From NCBI RefSeq assembly GCF_018977255.1, contig NW_024704743.1, forward strand, positions 24,120,001 through 24,184,000: a stretch of 64,000 bases of DNA, in the 5' to 3' direction. Origin of the DNA: Callorhinchus milii (taxonomy: Eukaryota). The stretch's first letter is position 1. Each line of letters starts with the position of its first letter. The notes beneath the pieces are model-generated. The model saw nothing but the letters and a program-made list of their open reading frames with translations. It was not told the origin of the DNA and did not search any database. This document shows positions 61,480-64,000 of the stretch, piece by piece. Position numbers and translations under genes: made by a program.

Positions 61480-64000
61480 CTGGAAAGAGAGAGGAAGAGA
61501 AAACATATTAGTCGTTTTAACATGAGCTGTCATTACTCACCACTTTCAGAAATAATTCAAATATTTGCCCACTAAAAATAGTACAAAAATAATTTCTCAT
61601 ACACAAGTTGACTGGAACCAATAATGTGACAAGGGAATCAAAGAAAATGTTTCATCAAAAGTAGACAGCTTTATATTTTGGAAAATTTATTTCCATGAGC
61701 TTACACTGTGACTTGGAGCTATAATTAATGTAAACAGATCTTATCTTTTCAATGTTGATAATAATTATGTACAATTATGGCTGGCAAGCAGATAATACTG
61801 GCAGTTTGTGGCAATGCGAAGAAGAAAAAAAACTCTTAAGAGTTGGACCATTCTTCCCATTAAACCCTTACTAATTTTTGACTAGTTGGTCACTATACGT
61901 GTACTGGTTTAGTAGGTAATTAGTCTCATTTCCTGGCATTAGACCAAGAATTGAAACCAATATGTGTGAGATTTCAATGTTGATCTGCTTTAAGCTTTAT
62001 TTACAAACTAACACCATCACGTAAACACTGACAGTTCAGATTATTTTATTATGCCAGCCGAGATCGAGGAAATAGAATCCCATCCTTTTATCAAGTGCCT
62101 GATGCACCTGACACCAGAGTACCACTTAATTTTTTTTTAAAGAAACAACTAAGTCTGTCCGCTTATTCTTGTAATTTTCCCGCTATTTGCATACAGCTCT
62201 GTTCTTCGTCAGCCACTTCCACAGGCTCTGGATCTCTGCCCAAGCGGCCATTAAGCATGGCATTAGCAGTGAGTGAGTGCAGAAGGAATCAAGCCAAGTC
62301 TGACGAGCTGGCTGCTACACATGTACAGTGTTGTGGAAAAGGTTAAAGCATGAACCTTGGCTGAACCCAAAAATCCTTCCTAACCCAGGAAAGGCCAGAT
62401 CAATCTAGCCTGTCCATGCAACCACAGCTAAGAACAGCAAAAACAGCATGGACGAGAATTCAAACCAGTGAGGCCATGGTTAGTGAACTGCAGCTCTATC
62501 CACTACACCAGTGATGGCCAATCTATGGCCCACAAGCGGCTAGGTAAGGTCTATGTTTGATCGGTAGTGTGTTTTTATTTTTTTCTTGATTTATGGTGCA
62601 ACTTTCTGCTGGAGACATTGGCAACTAACTCACTGTAGTGGCTTCTCAGCTAAATGTGGCACTGGAAATTTTATGGCAGGTCGGCTGCACAAGCTGGAAA
62701 CCGTGCAATGTGAAAGCAGTTATGAAAAAAGTACATGATATTTTGTGGATTCAGCTAACTTTCACAGTCCGTTAATCATAAAAATTGTATGACAGTTGTA
62801 CCTGCCATCACTTCAAGAATATCTTTAACCAATTATTAATATATTAAAGAGGTTCTCTCATGACACTTCTTATGATGAGTTTGACAGGCTCACTCATTCT
62901 TGCAACCAGTGATAAAATGTAGCTAAGTTTCCATTGATCCATTTGGTAATGAGATCTCCGTTTATCTCTACATGAGCTGTTTTGATCTCTAGAATGAGAA
63001 AGGGTTTGGTCCCAAAGTGAGTAGAAATAATGAGTGCAGAATGTATGGCATCATTGTACAAGTGCTGATACGAGTCATACTGGATAAGTCTAGAAGATGT
63101 GAAAAGCACTATATCAAATGCAAGGATTATTGTTATTACGTGCCAAAATTTTAGAAATTCATTTTCTTGAAGATCACTTCCTAAATAAGGAGGAGCAGAA
63201 CCAGGAAATAAAGCCAGAAACAAAGTCATCTGATATTCAGGAGTACCTACATCCTCCGCTCCTATTATTTCAGCAGCAACAATCAGATAAACGTCTACGG
63301 GTTTTACATTCCATATAGTCTGAATGTATGTCACCTTCCCACTTTTTCCAATAGCATAATTTCTACGCTTATGGCATCTTCTTAATCATAGTAATCCTTG
63401 TATTTGATATAACTCGTTGAGGTGACTCAAAGCACTTCACAGAATATATTGTAAAGTGGAGTGACTTTTTTTAAAATATACTTATGTTTCTCTTGGGGAA
63501 AAAAGAAGAACCACATAAGAGTTGAACCATTCTTTCTGTTAAACCCTTACCAATTTAATGAATTTAAACTAGCATGACCTTTGGAAATGTAGTTTGGATA
63601 GAAAGACAAAACTACACAAGAGTGAAAAGAGAGCTGGGCTGTCAGCACCTCCATTTCAGTATTGCAGTCCATGCCACAGGATCCATAACAAAGTGGATCA
63701 CATGGCCAGAAATCAATGGATTTTTTTTAACGTTAGGACAGTGATTAGTTAAGAAACAGCACTTCAATCACATAATACATCACTTCAATCATTCTAAAAT
63801 TTATAGGAAGCCTTCCAAATCTTGCTTTCCATTCCTCACCTCCAAGTCTGTGTACTTTAAACCATTCATAATAAAGTTCTTCCACCTAACGTCAATTCAC
63901 CTGAATGCTGAATTGTGTCAAATGGTTCAAAATAGTTAGCATTGTGTTGAAATAATAATCTGAATCCCTGCATTTGATATCGCCACTTTCCACTTTCAGA

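Noticed and set aside
62894..63334. 146-aa minus-strand ORF as possible MARCHF6 exon 2
   Set aside because: No RING-CH cysteines and includes a SINE tail; exons 1-2 lie outside the window

Overview
Vertebrate genomic DNA. The repeat landscape (tRNA-Ala-headed Deu-type SINEs, L2 and CR1 LINEs, Penelope-like terminal remnants) points to a cartilaginous fish, plausibly a chimaera such as Callorhinchus; this is inference. Two tandem minus-strand genes were mapped by hand. MARCHF6 (ER E3 ligase) has 24 coding exons in the window (exons 3-26 by human numbering, 61479 to stop at 29816; 2641 nt, all splice phases consistent), one intron with U12-type signals, and a ~2.5 kb 3' UTR. Downstream lies ROPN1L (RIIa-domain radial-spoke protein) with four solid coding exons (22001-18313), an uncertain terminal exon, and a putative non-coding first exon in a CpG island carrying RFX X-boxes and a 20-bp GC-box/CCAAT tandem array. 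Bases 1-17000 are repeat-rich intergenic DNA. I found no convincing wholly new system. The best leads are the minor intron, the ROPN1L promoter/uORF architecture, degenerate hammerhead-like Penelope remnants including a palindrome, a long intronic inverted repeat, the SINE-L2 shared tail, and nested or templated insertions. Repeat boundaries are approximate and family names are from recognition, not a database search.
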